Positions 37,788 through 47,675 of a DNA stretch of 64,000 nt are shown here, piece after piece. The first letter of the stretch is position 1, and every line of letters begins with the position of its first letter. The DNA comes from a virus: the IMG/VR virus record IMGVR_UViG_3300045988_116984; one strand, 5' to 3'. The notes beneath the pieces were generated by a model, which saw only the letters and a list, made by a program, of their open reading frames with translations, was not told the DNA's origin and ran no database searches. A program made the position numbers and the translations under genes.

Positions 37788-38261
37788 GTGAGAGCCTTTA
37801 AAATATTCGCTACTCCTAAACGTGTTTTTAAGATAGTGGCTGATACATTTCTAAGACTGGCAACTTTAATCTTTAATAATACAAACACAATTGAACTTAT
37901 TGGATTAATCATGGCGCATTTGAAATCGAACGTGACTTTAAAAATACAGTCATTGTTTACAATAACAGATACTCGTATGAAGCTTCATATGATAATGAGC
38001 AATATAGTCGCCCCGATAAGATTTAGAATTTTGGCTATACCAAAATCCATAGAGAGTGAAAAAATACTTATAATTGTAGCTACTAATATTATAGCACAAT
38101 CGCTTGGACTTGTCAAGTTAGACTTTAATTCGTCAAGTACGGTTAAAATAATAGCGTCCGCATTAGTTGGAAGATTTAGACTTCTTGGCGAATTAGACCC
38201 GCTAACTTTGGGCGAAATAGACAATGACACTCTTGGAACGTTAGATTTCAAAACACAATAA
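37788..38261 (+). CDS. hypothetical protein
   Basis: GTG start after GGCGGGG. 157 aa and it fills the gap. Confidence 0.3.
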   Translation: MRAFKIFATPKRVFKIVADTFLRLATLIFNNTNTIELIGLIMAHLKSNVTLKIQSLFTITDTRMKLHMIMSNIVAPIRFRILAIPKSIESEKILIIVATNIIAQSLGLVKLDFNSSSTVKIIASALVGRFRLLGELDPLTLGEIDNDTLGTLDFKTQ

Positions 38262-38276
38262 CAAAGGAGGGAGATA

Positions 38277-39425
38277 ATGGCTAATACTCCTAACTATAAT
38301 CTTACAACGTATTCTTCATCAGATACGGATGTAAGATTCTTAGATTTTCGTGTAGCTATTGCTGGTAGTCAAACTACAAGCAACTTCTATAAAATTGACA
38401 CAGCCTTAAAACAGCATACCGACGCTATTGCTTCTCTTGAGGCTTCTCCATCGGCGTTTACGGTTAATGCTGTATATTCTACGGACAACTTTTATACTGC
38501 TTCTGTTACGAACTATCCTGGATATAAGACAAACCAACTTATCGCATTATCGCTTGACAGAAATAATGTTGGAACAGTAACAATCAATATCAATGGCTCT
38601 ACTACAAAGAGTGTTATGAAATATAATACGTCTGGGCTATTAGTAAATGCCGCTGATAATGATTTTGTGAAAAATAATCCCGTCCTTTGTATTTATGATG
38701 GTACACAGTTCATTATGCTTGGTTCTTCTAGTGCTACTAATATACGAATTGACGGCGCTGCTAATCACGTTGTTATGATTTCAGGGCAAAATACTCTTGT
38801 GACAAGTGGACGAGGCATAGGAATTGCTAATGGTTTTGCTACATTGGATGCTAGTGGTAAGCTTGTCCAGACGGCTAAAAACTCCGACTACGCAACTACT
38901 GCTGGTATAGCAAATACTGTTCTTGATGGCTCTATTGTAACAAATTCTTTCAACTCAGCTGCTGTTGCTCCAACCGCCGCTAAAACATCACAAGCTCTGA
39001 CTATTCAGTTAAATGGTACAGCACAGCCAACATTTAATGGCTCTACTGCTAGAACAATCAATGTAACACCAGCTTCAATTGGTGCGGCAACGACTGGTGC
39101 GCTGGATGGAGTTGTTTCAGACTTAACCGATGGCACTACTGTTGTAGCGCAAGCCAACAAGGTAACTAACGCTCTGGTTATTATGAGCAACAGTGGAACC
39201 GCGTTGGTAAACTATGACGGAAGTGCCACAGCAAATATGACACTTAGTCCATCCAATGTAGGTGCAGAACCAGCATTCACAAAAAACTCGGCGTTCAACA
39301 AAAACTTCGGTAGTTCTGCTGGCACGGTATGTCAAGGCAATGATAGTAGACTGTCTGATGCTCGTCGTTCATCTAATATAACCATGAGTTTGTCTGGAAC
39401 AGACCTTAGTATTAGTTATAAGTAA
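38277..39425 (+). CDS. tail fibre protein
   Basis: AGGAGGGAG RBS. The C-terminal module NVGAEPAFTKNSAFNKNFGSSAGTVCQGNDSRLSDAR is shared with the 793-aa fibre. Confidence 0.55.
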   Translation: MANTPNYNLTTYSSSDTDVRFLDFRVAIAGSQTTSNFYKIDTALKQHTDAIASLEASPSAFTVNAVYSTDNFYTASVTNYPGYKTNQLIALSLDRNNVGTVTININGSTTKSVMKYNTSGLLVNAADNDFVKNNPVLCIYDGTQFIMLGSSSATNIRIDGAANHVVMISGQNTLVTSGRGIGIANGFATLDASGKLVQTAKNSDYATTAGIANTVLDGSIVTNSFNSAAVAPTAAKTSQALTIQLNGTAQPTFNGSTARTINVTPASIGAATTGALDGVVSDLTDGTTVVAQANKVTNALVIMSNSGTALVNYDGSATANMTLSPSNVGAEPAFTKNSAFNKNFGSSAGTVCQGNDSRLSDARRSSNITMSLSGTDLSISYK

Positions 39426-39437
39426 GGATGTGTTATT

Positions 39438-39980
39438 ATGGCTTTAAGTTTTAAGGGCACAAATGTACCTCCGTCCGGTAATGTAATATTTAATGGGACG
39501 TATTGTAAAACCGTAACATACAATGGTACTGAGGTTTGGAAAAAAGAATATACTGTGTATCCCGGCGCTCCCGTTGCTAATACTCAAAACCTTGGGTATG
39601 CTTCTTACTTTACTGTTACAAACAGTGGTACAGACATTAAGGTTGACGCATTTGGCGGCACAGAACGAGGATATGGGCGTGTTATGCTTGGTGGATTTAG
39701 CACAATAGGTTATTCACAAATATATTTTAATAATCTCCGGGCATTTATCACAAACAGCTATTCCCATATCAAGGTGGCATTGAGTGATATAAACGGGAAT
39801 GTTGTTCAACAGCTTATTTATTCAGAAACAAACGGATTCGACGCAACATATACCGCAAGCACTAAATTCAACATAAATTCGCCAAATGGTAATTACTATT
39901 TAATGTTAGAAGTTGAATCTGGCGCTACACACTTAGGAAAGAACGCCACCATTTTAATGAATGGTTGTTATTTAGTTTAA
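39438..39980 (+). CDS. hypothetical tail-fibre-associated protein
   Basis: 180-aa beta-rich ORF. Confidence 0.35.
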   Translation: MALSFKGTNVPPSGNVIFNGTYCKTVTYNGTEVWKKEYTVYPGAPVANTQNLGYASYFTVTNSGTDIKVDAFGGTERGYGRVMLGGFSTIGYSQIYFNNLRAFITNSYSHIKVALSDINGNVVQQLIYSETNGFDATYTASTKFNINSPNGNYYLMLEVESGATHLGKNATILMNGCYLV

Positions 39981-39993
39981 GTGAGGGATTATA

Positions 39994-40374
39994 ATGATTA
40001 AAATTACATTGAAAAACGGTAAGGAGTATGAAGTGCTTGATAGTACATTGGTATATCCAAGCGGAATGTCAAGTGTTCGTAGCAAAATAGAAATTCATTT
40101 AGATGAATCAGCTATGACTCTTGCCGAACTTGAAAAAATATTTATAGACGAAACAGCAACAGACGAAATCCGTATTACAAAAACACGCGAGGACGGAGTT
40201 GTGGAATACGATAATATATATTACCACTATTGTGTTGTTTCTAGTATTGGCAAAAAGATTGTTTCTTCTGTTAGCAATTCAACTGGTGAAGTTACAGAAA
40301 AAATGCGCTTATCCGTTGTTCTAGAGCAGAGAACATATATCGAACAGAAATTATATGAGTTGGGTGTGTCTTGA
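39994..40374 (+). CDS. hypothetical protein
   Basis: 126-aa ORF with a GAGGGA RBS. Confidence 0.35.
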   Translation: MIKITLKNGKEYEVLDSTLVYPSGMSSVRSKIEIHLDESAMTLAELEKIFIDETATDEIRITKTREDGVVEYDNIYYHYCVVSSIGKKIVSSVSNSTGEVTEKMRLSVVLEQRTYIEQKLYELGVS

Positions 40375-40402
40375 ACATATCTGGAAGAAAGGATGACAAA
40401 TC

Positions 40403-40834
40403 ATGTTTAATGATGTATTAAGTTCTGTATTAGAAAGTTTAGTTATGGTGTCATCTTTCGGATTGTTTATGCTTTGTTGTGCTCTTTCCAATACCATTCT
40501 TGGCTCAATTATTGCTTCTAAGACTGCCACTTTTGAGTGGAAAACATTAGCCAAAGGGCTTCTGCGTAATATTGGTGTTGTTCTTGGTATTGATGTTCTA
40601 GCGGCTGGACTATCAGGTATGACAAAGCTTATAGAGATATATGACGTTGTTCCTCAATATTCAGAAGCCTTACAGGGCGTAAGTGTGTTGGCAATAGTAG
40701 CCATAATTGTAACAATATCTTATAAGGTTTATGGCGCACAGGCTATTGAAAAAATCAAAGAAATTGGTGGCATAAAAGATGAAGATATTATCCCCATTGA
40801 AAAGGCAGACGGATGGGAACAGAGAGGAACGTGA
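40403..40834 (+). CDS. putative holin (multi-pass membrane protein)
   Basis: At least three hydrophobic segments (LVMVSSFGLFMLCCAL, IGVVLGIDVLAAGL, VSVLAIVAIIVTI) and a charged C-terminus. It is the only such ORF on the late strand. Confidence 0.45.
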   Translation: MFNDVLSSVLESLVMVSSFGLFMLCCALSNTILGSIIASKTATFEWKTLAKGLLRNIGVVLGIDVLAAGLSGMTKLIEIYDVVPQYSEALQGVSVLAIVAIIVTISYKVYGAQAIEKIKEIGGIKDEDIIPIEKADGWEQRGT

Positions 40835-40838
40835 TTAA

Positions 40839-41462
40839 ATGTTAAGTTTCTCTGTCAAGAAGCAAAAACTCGAAAGAAAAGACAATCAAGAAGTGGTTGG
40901 AGGAACATATAATTACTTATATGCTGTATTTGACTTTTCATATGATTGGGACAACGTTTCTAAAAATGCAATATTCAATAACTGCAAAGCAAAGAAAAAC
41001 TTTGCCGTTCCTATTGTAGAAAATATATGTCTTGTGCCATGGGAGGTTATAGAAAGTCCAAACTTTACGGTATCGTTATATGGATTTACAGACAACAAGA
41101 GAATAACTTCTAATGAAGTTATGATACCAGTTAAAAGCAAACCATATAACGCCAATAACATTCCATCACCGCCTCCGACACCAACTGATTATGAAGCATA
41201 TGTACAACTTGTAAATAAATATAAAGAAGAATCGGACGCTCAATACAATGAGCTTAAAGAAACAAAAGCGGAAGTAACAACAACTGACAGCATTTATAAA
41301 TTCCCGAATATCGGGAACAAAAACTATCTATACATTGATTCTTCTACTAATACAACGTATAGATGGGATGAAACCGAATTAAAGTATTATTGTGTTGGTT
41401 CTGATTACAGAGAAATAGAGATTATCATAGGGGGGAAAGCAAGTGGCAAATACAACTCTTAA
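40839..41462 (+). CDS. hypothetical tail-fibre-module protein
   Basis: 207 aa. The C-terminal NYLYIDSSTNTTYRWDETELKYYCVG motif is seen in Firmicutes phage fibre proteins. Confidence 0.4.
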   Translation: MLSFSVKKQKLERKDNQEVVGGTYNYLYAVFDFSYDWDNVSKNAIFNNCKAKKNFAVPIVENICLVPWEVIESPNFTVSLYGFTDNKRITSNEVMIPVKSKPYNANNIPSPPPTPTDYEAYVQLVNKYKEESDAQYNELKETKAEVTTTDSIYKFPNIGNKNYLYIDSSTNTTYRWDETELKYYCVGSDYREIEIIIGGKASGKYNS

Positions 41463-42813
41463 TGTTAAAATACAAATAAGAAATGACGTTGCCAATACTT
41501 GGAAAACCACAAACCCTGTACTTCTAAAGGGTGAAATGGGTATTGAAACAGATACAAGGAAGTTCAAGTTCGGTGACGGCGTTTCAACTTGGACTGAACT
41601 TGACTATGCAAGTGCGCAAGCTGCGGTTGTAATGAACAAAGCGCCTACGCCAATGGACTCTGGATATGATATTGGTGTAATTTGGATTGATACAGCGGGC
41701 AACAAGGCGTATGTCTTGTTTAACAACACATCTAATAATGCTATTTGGAAACAGATGGTTACGCCTGATGACTTGAGCGACCTTGGCGCAGGAGACATGT
41801 TGAAATCTCAGTTTGCCAACAATCCAAAAGCAGAGCAAGGTTATGTAAACGCAGCTATTGTAGCCGACACAGCAAATGCTACTAAGGCGGCGCTTACTGC
41901 TGGTACAAAGACATTTAACGGCTCAACAGCGATTGAAATCACTGCTGGTGATTTGGGTGCTCTTACATCTGTTCCATCAGAGTACGTCAAAAACACAGAT
42001 TACGGTACTACCGAACAGGGCGGCGTTGTTAAGTCGGTTGCTAAGGGCACTGATACAGTTACCATTAACGCCGACGGAACAATGTCCATGGGAAAGGCTT
42101 CTACCGCCGGAGCGGCAGACACCGCCGCTGCTTTACAAACTGGTAGAACGATTGCTCTTAGTGGAGACGCAACTGGTACTTCTGCTGCTTTCGATGGTAC
42201 GGCGAATGTAACAATTCCTGTTGTATTAGCAAAGAGTGGTGTTACAGCTGGTACATTCACAAAGGTTACTGTGAATGATAAAGGGCTTGTAACAAGCGGG
42301 GAGGCTCTTGTAGCTTCTGACATTCCATCCCTTACTCTTTCGAAGATTACTGATGCTGGTACTGCTGCTGCGGCTGATACTGGTATCGCAGAGGGCAACG
42401 TCCCCATTCTTGGTGCTGGTGGCAAACTGAACGAAGCGGTTATCCCCGCCATTGCTATTACTGATACATATGTTGTTGACAGTCAAGCCGCAATGCTTGG
42501 GCTTGATGCTCAAAAAGGTGACGTTGCTGTTCGTACAGATATCAATAAAACATTCATCTTAAAACAGTCTCCCGCATCTACTTTGGGAAACTGGGTTGAG
42601 CTTGAAACACCGACAGATGCTGTAACGAGTGTAAATGGTTTAACTGGTGCTGTTGTTCTTACAACATCAAATATAGAAGAAGGAAGTAATCTTTATTTCA
42701 CGACTGCTAGAGCAAACGCGAACTGGATTACACATGCTTCTACGGAGCTTACAGACTCTGATACTCTGCTTAGGACAACTGACACATTTATACTTAATGG
42801 CGGAAATGCCTAA
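41443..42813 (+). CDS. tail fibre protein (conserved fibre N-terminal domain)
   Basis: GTG start. The N-terminus IRNDVANTWKTTNPVLLKGEMGIETDTRKFKFGDGVSTWTELDY is the common phage-fibre/hyaluronidase-type N-terminal domain. Confidence 0.6.
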   Translation: MANTTLNVKIQIRNDVANTWKTTNPVLLKGEMGIETDTRKFKFGDGVSTWTELDYASAQAAVVMNKAPTPMDSGYDIGVIWIDTAGNKAYVLFNNTSNNAIWKQMVTPDDLSDLGAGDMLKSQFANNPKAEQGYVNAAIVADTANATKAALTAGTKTFNGSTAIEITAGDLGALTSVPSEYVKNTDYGTTEQGGVVKSVAKGTDTVTINADGTMSMGKASTAGAADTAAALQTGRTIALSGDATGTSAAFDGTANVTIPVVLAKSGVTAGTFTKVTVNDKGLVTSGEALVASDIPSLTLSKITDAGTAAAADTGIAEGNVPILGAGGKLNEAVIPAIAITDTYVVDSQAAMLGLDAQKGDVAVRTDINKTFILKQSPASTLGNWVELETPTDAVTSVNGLTGAVVLTTSNIEEGSNLYFTTARANANWITHASTELTDSDTLLRTTDTFILNGGNA

Positions 42814-42841
42814 TCTATATCAACATTAAGGAGGGGTATCT

Positions 42842-45223
42842 GTGGCTAATAGAAACCTAAACGCTCGACAGCAGCAAAAACATGATACTTCGTCCAATTT
42901 TAACTCTAAAAATGCCACATATTTAGAGGGCGAAATCCTTATTGAAAGTGACACCGGCAGAGTTAAGATAGCTGATGGAGATACAGATTATAAAACGCTC
43001 CAATATACTATTGGAACTCGTGTACCAACAGATGCCAAGTTTACAGATACCACTTATACTGCTAGTGGAGGGCTGTCCCTTAGCGGGACAACCTTTTCCA
43101 TTGCTAATTCTGGTGTAACAGCGGATACTTATGGGCCAACTGCTAATGTATCTGGCTCTTGGGGAACGTCGTTTACAGTACCAAGCGTTGTTGTAAATAC
43201 TAAAGGACAAGTTACGAGCGCGGTTGATAGAACTGTTACTATGCCTGCGAAACCAACCGCTGCTGATATTGGTGCCGAGCCAGCGTTTACAAAAAATACA
43301 GCGTTCAACAAAAATTTCGGAACTGCTTCTGGAACTGTTTGTGAGGGTGACGATGAGAGATTGTCGAATGCGCGTCCTGCTTCTGATGTTTCAGCATGGG
43401 CAAAAGCGGCTACAAAGCCAACCTATACCCCAACAGAAGTTGGCGTCATTGGTGCAGCTCCTGCTTCTGGGCAAGTAGCTGTTTTTGATGGTACAACTGG
43501 TAAGATTAAATCTACTGGGTTTACGATAGCAACATCGGTGCCTGCCAATGCCGAATTCACAGACACAACATATAACAAAGCAACAGATTCTTCTCTTGGA
43601 CTGGTGCAAGTTGGATATTCCACTTCTGGAAAAAACTACGCTGTTACTTTAGACGATTCTGGCAATGCTTATGTAAACGTCCCATGGACGGATTCTGTTG
43701 CTAATAACCCAGCCATAACAATTACACAAAACGGAACGTCTAAAGGCTCTTTCACGCTAAACCAGACTTCGGCAGAAACAATTGATTTGACTGATACAAC
43801 ATATTCTGTTTTTGAAGCCGCCACTTCAAGTGTAGCAGGTAGTACCGGATTAGTACCAGCTCCTGCGGCTGGCAAGCAGACGAGCTTCTTACGAGGAGAC
43901 GGGACATGGGTTATACCGTCTCAACCGACAGTGAATAATCCTACTATCACAATAAAACAGGACGGCGCGACCAAAGGGACATTTACTTTAAATCAATCTG
44001 GAGATGCCACAATAGAGCTTACTGACGCCAATACGACTTATGCTCAAGCGACATCAACAGTCCTTGGTTTGGTTAAGATTGGATACGCTGAAAATGGCCG
44101 AAACTATCCAATTAAGCTTGATTCTTTGGGGAAAATGTTTGTCAATGTACCATGGACAGACACAACATATTCCGTCGCCACTGTTAGCGAGGATGGATTG
44201 ATGCCTAAAATCCCAAGTTCGTCTGCTCAATATTTAAACGGCATGGGACAGTGGAGTACACCACCAGATACTAAATATACAAACTTTGTCGGTTCTGGCT
44301 CTGAAGCTAAGTCTGGACTTGTTCCGTCTCCGGGGACAATCGCTGGCACAACAAAATATCTAAGAGAAGATGGAACATGGAGTGTACCGCCAGATACTAC
44401 ATATACAGCAGGACGAGCAATTGAAATTAGTCAAGGCGCTATTAGCGTAACAAGCAGTGGTGTATCTTCTGGCGCATACGGTTTAACGGATAGTACCAGT
44501 GTTAATATTGGTACGTCATTTACTGTTCCGGGGTTTGTTGTTGACCAATGCGGTAGATTGACGCAGGCATACAGCAGGACTGTTACTGTTAATGCGCCAA
44601 ATATGACTGGTGCCACAACATCAGCAGCAGGAACGGCTGGCTTGGTTCCTACGCCTACTGCGGGGAAGCCAACAAGGTACCTTTGTTCAACCGGAGAATG
44701 GAGTATACCCACTGGAACTATTTATAATGGAAGCACAACAATATCCGTTAAACCGTCTACAACTGATGGAGAATACAATATATATTTAGTTGCGTTATTT
44801 CCGGGCACTACAAGCCAAAGCGTTGGACCAAGCGCATCAGGAACAATTAATTTTGGCTCTGCTTTTAATGTGCCATATATAACGATAGACCAATATGGCA
44901 GAATCACGGCATTAGCGAATAGAAGTATGATTCTTAGTGGAGCATTAGCAAGCAGCTCTGCTCCTGGTTTGTGTCCAAAGTTAGATTCGTCACATCCATC
45001 ATATTATCTAAATGCTAATGGAAGTTGGAGTCTCCCAAGAGGCAGAGTATATGGTGTAAAAGGAGAAGCCGAAACGGATTATCGTAAAGGACAAGTAAAC
45101 ATAACAGCAGATAATATTGGAGCATTATCTCTTTCTTCTGGCGGCACAGTTGCTGGTGCTACAACGTTTAGTAGTGATGTTACTATTAGCGGCGAACTAA
45201 ATTATGATGGTGGATTCTATTGA
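42842..45223 (+). CDS. long tail fibre protein with internal repeats
   Basis: GTG start after AAGGAGGGG. It has the same N-terminal domain type (EGEILIESDTGRVKIADGDTDYKTLQY) and repeated GLVP.P....K.LR.DGTW..P units. It also carries the AEPAFTKNTAFNKNFG...RLSNAR module. Confidence 0.65.
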   Translation: MANRNLNARQQQKHDTSSNFNSKNATYLEGEILIESDTGRVKIADGDTDYKTLQYTIGTRVPTDAKFTDTTYTASGGLSLSGTTFSIANSGVTADTYGPTANVSGSWGTSFTVPSVVVNTKGQVTSAVDRTVTMPAKPTAADIGAEPAFTKNTAFNKNFGTASGTVCEGDDERLSNARPASDVSAWAKAATKPTYTPTEVGVIGAAPASGQVAVFDGTTGKIKSTGFTIATSVPANAEFTDTTYNKATDSSLGLVQVGYSTSGKNYAVTLDDSGNAYVNVPWTDSVANNPAITITQNGTSKGSFTLNQTSAETIDLTDTTYSVFEAATSSVAGSTGLVPAPAAGKQTSFLRGDGTWVIPSQPTVNNPTITIKQDGATKGTFTLNQSGDATIELTDANTTYAQATSTVLGLVKIGYAENGRNYPIKLDSLGKMFVNVPWTDTTYSVATVSEDGLMPKIPSSSAQYLNGMGQWSTPPDTKYTNFVGSGSEAKSGLVPSPGTIAGTTKYLREDGTWSVPPDTTYTAGRAIEISQGAISVTSSGVSSGAYGLTDSTSVNIGTSFTVPGFVVDQCGRLTQAYSRTVTVNAPNMTGATTSAAGTAGLVPTPTAGKPTRYLCSTGEWSIPTGTIYNGSTTISVKPSTTDGEYNIYLVALFPGTTSQSVGPSASGTINFGSAFNVPYITIDQYGRITALANRSMILSGALASSSAPGLCPKLDSSHPSYYLNANGSWSLPRGRVYGVKGEAETDYRKGQVNITADNIGALSLSSGGTVAGATTFSSDVTISGELNYDGGFY

Positions 45224-45235
45224 TAGGTGATTATT

Positions 45236-46195
45236 ATGGCAATTAAAATACAAAGGCAGACGGCATCAGCGTCGTCTGCCTCTCCTCCCTCTACGCTTCC
45301 ATATGGGGAATTAGCATGTGATAAAACGGCAGTTTTATATGTCGGAAATTCGTCAAATTTGCCTGTTAAAATGATGGACACGAACAGTTACAATCAAGTT
45401 GGCAATCCAAATCTTTTAGACAATACAAACTTTAAGAATTTAGTAAATCAAAGAGGTAAATCTTCTTATTCATTAGACTGGAAATATTGTATTGATAGGT
45501 GGGTGCTTTTAGGAACATATTCCGTCAGTAATCATACGCTTACTTTTGATGCCGGATACCAAACGTCAAGATTTGGGCTTGACGCAATATCATACATGCG
45601 TCAAGGACTTGAAAAACTTGATTCTGGTACATATACAATATCGGCAGGAGTCGGAGATACAGTATATTCTCAGACTATATCCGTTTATCAAGGCGGTTCA
45701 GCAAATGCATGGAACATGGGGCCATTCTATTTTACATATGAAAAATTCGTTGGTGTGGATGTACAGTGGTTTGGCTTTGGGGTTACACCGGGAGAATCAG
45801 GCCCAGGCTCTATTGCTTTAGACTGGATTAAACTTGAGCAGGGTGATAAAGCAACACCATATTCCCCGAAAGGATACGGAGCTGAATTAGGCGAGTGTTC
45901 AAGATATTTTATAAGCGCTATTGGATTTGGTGCTCCTGGAATTATAAACGCTAGTAGTTCAAGACTATTCATAAATACTCCTGTAATGATGCGTGGAGTG
46001 ACACCAACCGTAACTGTAAATTCTCCTGATAATATTGTATTCAACGGTACATTTAAAGCCCTAAATACAACGGCAACAGGAGCGCAAAGATTTAAAAATG
46101 GTATTCTTGTAAATATAGGTTCGGCGACAACAGGAGTTACAAATACTCCCGGTATTGCCTTTGGATTATCTGTTGATATATCGTGCGATATATAA
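45236..46195 (+). CDS. putative receptor-binding / fibre-tip protein, paralogue 1
   Basis: TAGGTGA RBS. YNQVGNPNLLDNTNF...CIDRW...WIKLEQGDKATPYSPKGY is shared with the next gene. Confidence 0.5.
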   Translation: MAIKIQRQTASASSASPPSTLPYGELACDKTAVLYVGNSSNLPVKMMDTNSYNQVGNPNLLDNTNFKNLVNQRGKSSYSLDWKYCIDRWVLLGTYSVSNHTLTFDAGYQTSRFGLDAISYMRQGLEKLDSGTYTISAGVGDTVYSQTISVYQGGSANAWNMGPFYFTYEKFVGVDVQWFGFGVTPGESGPGSIALDWIKLEQGDKATPYSPKGYGAELGECSRYFISAIGFGAPGIINASSSRLFINTPVMMRGVTPTVTVNSPDNIVFNGTFKALNTTATGAQRFKNGILVNIGSATTGVTNTPGIAFGLSVDISCDI

Positions 46196-46210
46196 CTAAG
46201 GTGGTTTAAT

Positions 46211-47094
46211 ATGCCTATAAAGATATATAGACAAAATATTTCCGCAAATGAGCCATTGCCCCCCCGTTGACTTACGGAAATATAGCGTCTAATAAATATG
46301 GAAAACTATATGCGGGGGACTCATCTAATAGCCCAATTGGTATGTTAGATGAAAAGACTTATAATCAAGTAGGAAATCCAAACTTACTAGACAATAGCGA
46401 TTTTACAAATGCTGTAAAACAACGTGGAGATACCATATTTGATAGAAATGGGTATTGCGTTGATAGATGGCAAGTGTTTGAGTCTACATATGACACTACT
46501 ACAAAAACTGTTACAGCTGATGATGTAGTTGAATCTTGTGGCTCTCAGCTCAGACAAATAATAGACCCAAGCGTACTTTGTGAAGGAGACACTATTTCGG
46601 TTAGTGCTTATGTAAATAATACACTTTATAAGTTTACCACAACTATAACGACGTTTAGTGATTCAGGTTTAATTTCAGACGCTCCTTATGCTTTGGAAAC
46701 GTCTTGGGGCGGATTTAAAATAGTTCTATTTGCTCATAGGCCGGAAATATTTTTTGTAATGTTTTTAAATCCGTCTCAAAAAATAACTGTAAATTGGGCC
46801 AAACTGGAAAGAGGAGCATCTGTAACACCATATGTGCCCAAAGGATATTGGCAAGAGCTGTCGGAGTGTTTAAGATATTATCAAACAATTGCTTTTTCAG
46901 TTGGAGCAGATAGAGCAACATATAAATATATTCCGACACTTACTCCTATGAGGACCACACCAACGTGTACATTACAACAGATAGCAGCAAGTGGAACACT
47001 GCCAACAATATCAACAAACAATTTGTACATAACGGCGAATTTGGCAACGCCACAGTATTTTGACGGAATTGCATTGCTTTCGGCAGATTTTTAA
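46211..47094 (+). pseudogene. receptor-binding paralogue 2, interrupted by a frameshift at a C7 tract (phase-variable, recoded or disrupted)
   Basis: An AAGGTGG RBS and the ATG at 46211 give MPIKIYRQNISANEPLPPR followed by a stop. The remaining 275 codons continue in the -1 frame from 46267. Homology to paralogue 1 spans the break (MAIKIQRQ...LPYGEL versus MPIKIYRQ...LTYGNI). Confidence 0.65.
46259..46265 (+). repeat. homopolymeric C7 tract at the frameshift point
   Basis: Sequence is ttgCCCCCCCgttgac. Eight or five C residues would restore a single ORF. Confidence 0.9.
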
Positions 47095-47107
47095 GGAGCG
47101 AACTTAC

Positions 47108-47458
47108 ATGGAAGATGGAAAATATATCGTATATATCCGTGTTGACGAGAATGGCAGTATCATAGAAATAAATAGTGATGCTTTCTTGGATAACATAGAT
47201 GGCTATATAGAACTTGATAGTGGTTATGGCGACAAATACCATCACGCTCAAAATAACTATTTTTCTAAGCCGTTGTATGACGAACAATGGTGTGCCAACT
47301 ATAAAATGGAAAACGGCATTGTATTGGAACGCACAGAAGAAGAAAAAGAGATTGAGATGTCTAATAGGCCTAAACCATTGCCAACGGGCGAGGAGAGACT
47401 TGCCGCTCTTGAAGAGGCGATGTTAGCAACGATGTCTAGGGGGACTACAAATGTTTGA
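47108..47458 (+). CDS. small tail-fibre-associated protein (XkdW-position)
   Basis: AAGGAG RBS before the ATG at 47108. It lies directly upstream of, and overlaps, the XkdX-like gene. Confidence 0.35.
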   Translation: MEDGKYIVYIRVDENGSIIEINSDAFLDNIDGYIELDSGYGDKYHHAQNNYFSKPLYDEQWCANYKMENGIVLERTEEEKEIEMSNRPKPLPTGEERLAALEEAMLATMSRGTTNV

Positions 47459-47570
47459 CTTTTTAAAAATTCAATATGAACTTGGGAAGATAACAAAAGA
47501 GCAATTATATTCTTATGTTTCAACATGGATTTCCGAGTTTGAATATAAGAAAATAATTGGAGAAATGTAA
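47451..47570 (+). CDS. xkdX: XkdX-family small protein
   Basis: Below the ORF-track cutoff. The 39-aa translation MFDFLKIQYELGKITKEQLYSYVSTWISEFEYKKIIGEM matches my recollection of the XkdX pattern (..y..g..t.eq....V....It..EY..ItGe). Confidence 0.6.
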   Translation: MFDFLKIQYELGKITKEQLYSYVSTWISEFEYKKIIGEM

Positions 47571-47675
47571 CCCCCAAAAACGATATTTATGCTGATACCA
47601 ATAAAACTACGTAGATTTAGCTGCTATGAGTGGTAACAATATCAATTTAACGAAAGTCAAAAAAAGGTGAATAAT

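Noticed and set aside
38277-45223. Diversity-generating retroelement (template/variable repeat pair) in the fibre genes.
   Set aside because: No reverse transcriptase gene is in the window. The ~100-nt similarity between 39258-39365 and 43270-43375 is a conserved protein module (AEPAFTKN.AFNKNFG...RLS.AR) with synonymous-type differences, not adenine-specific ones.
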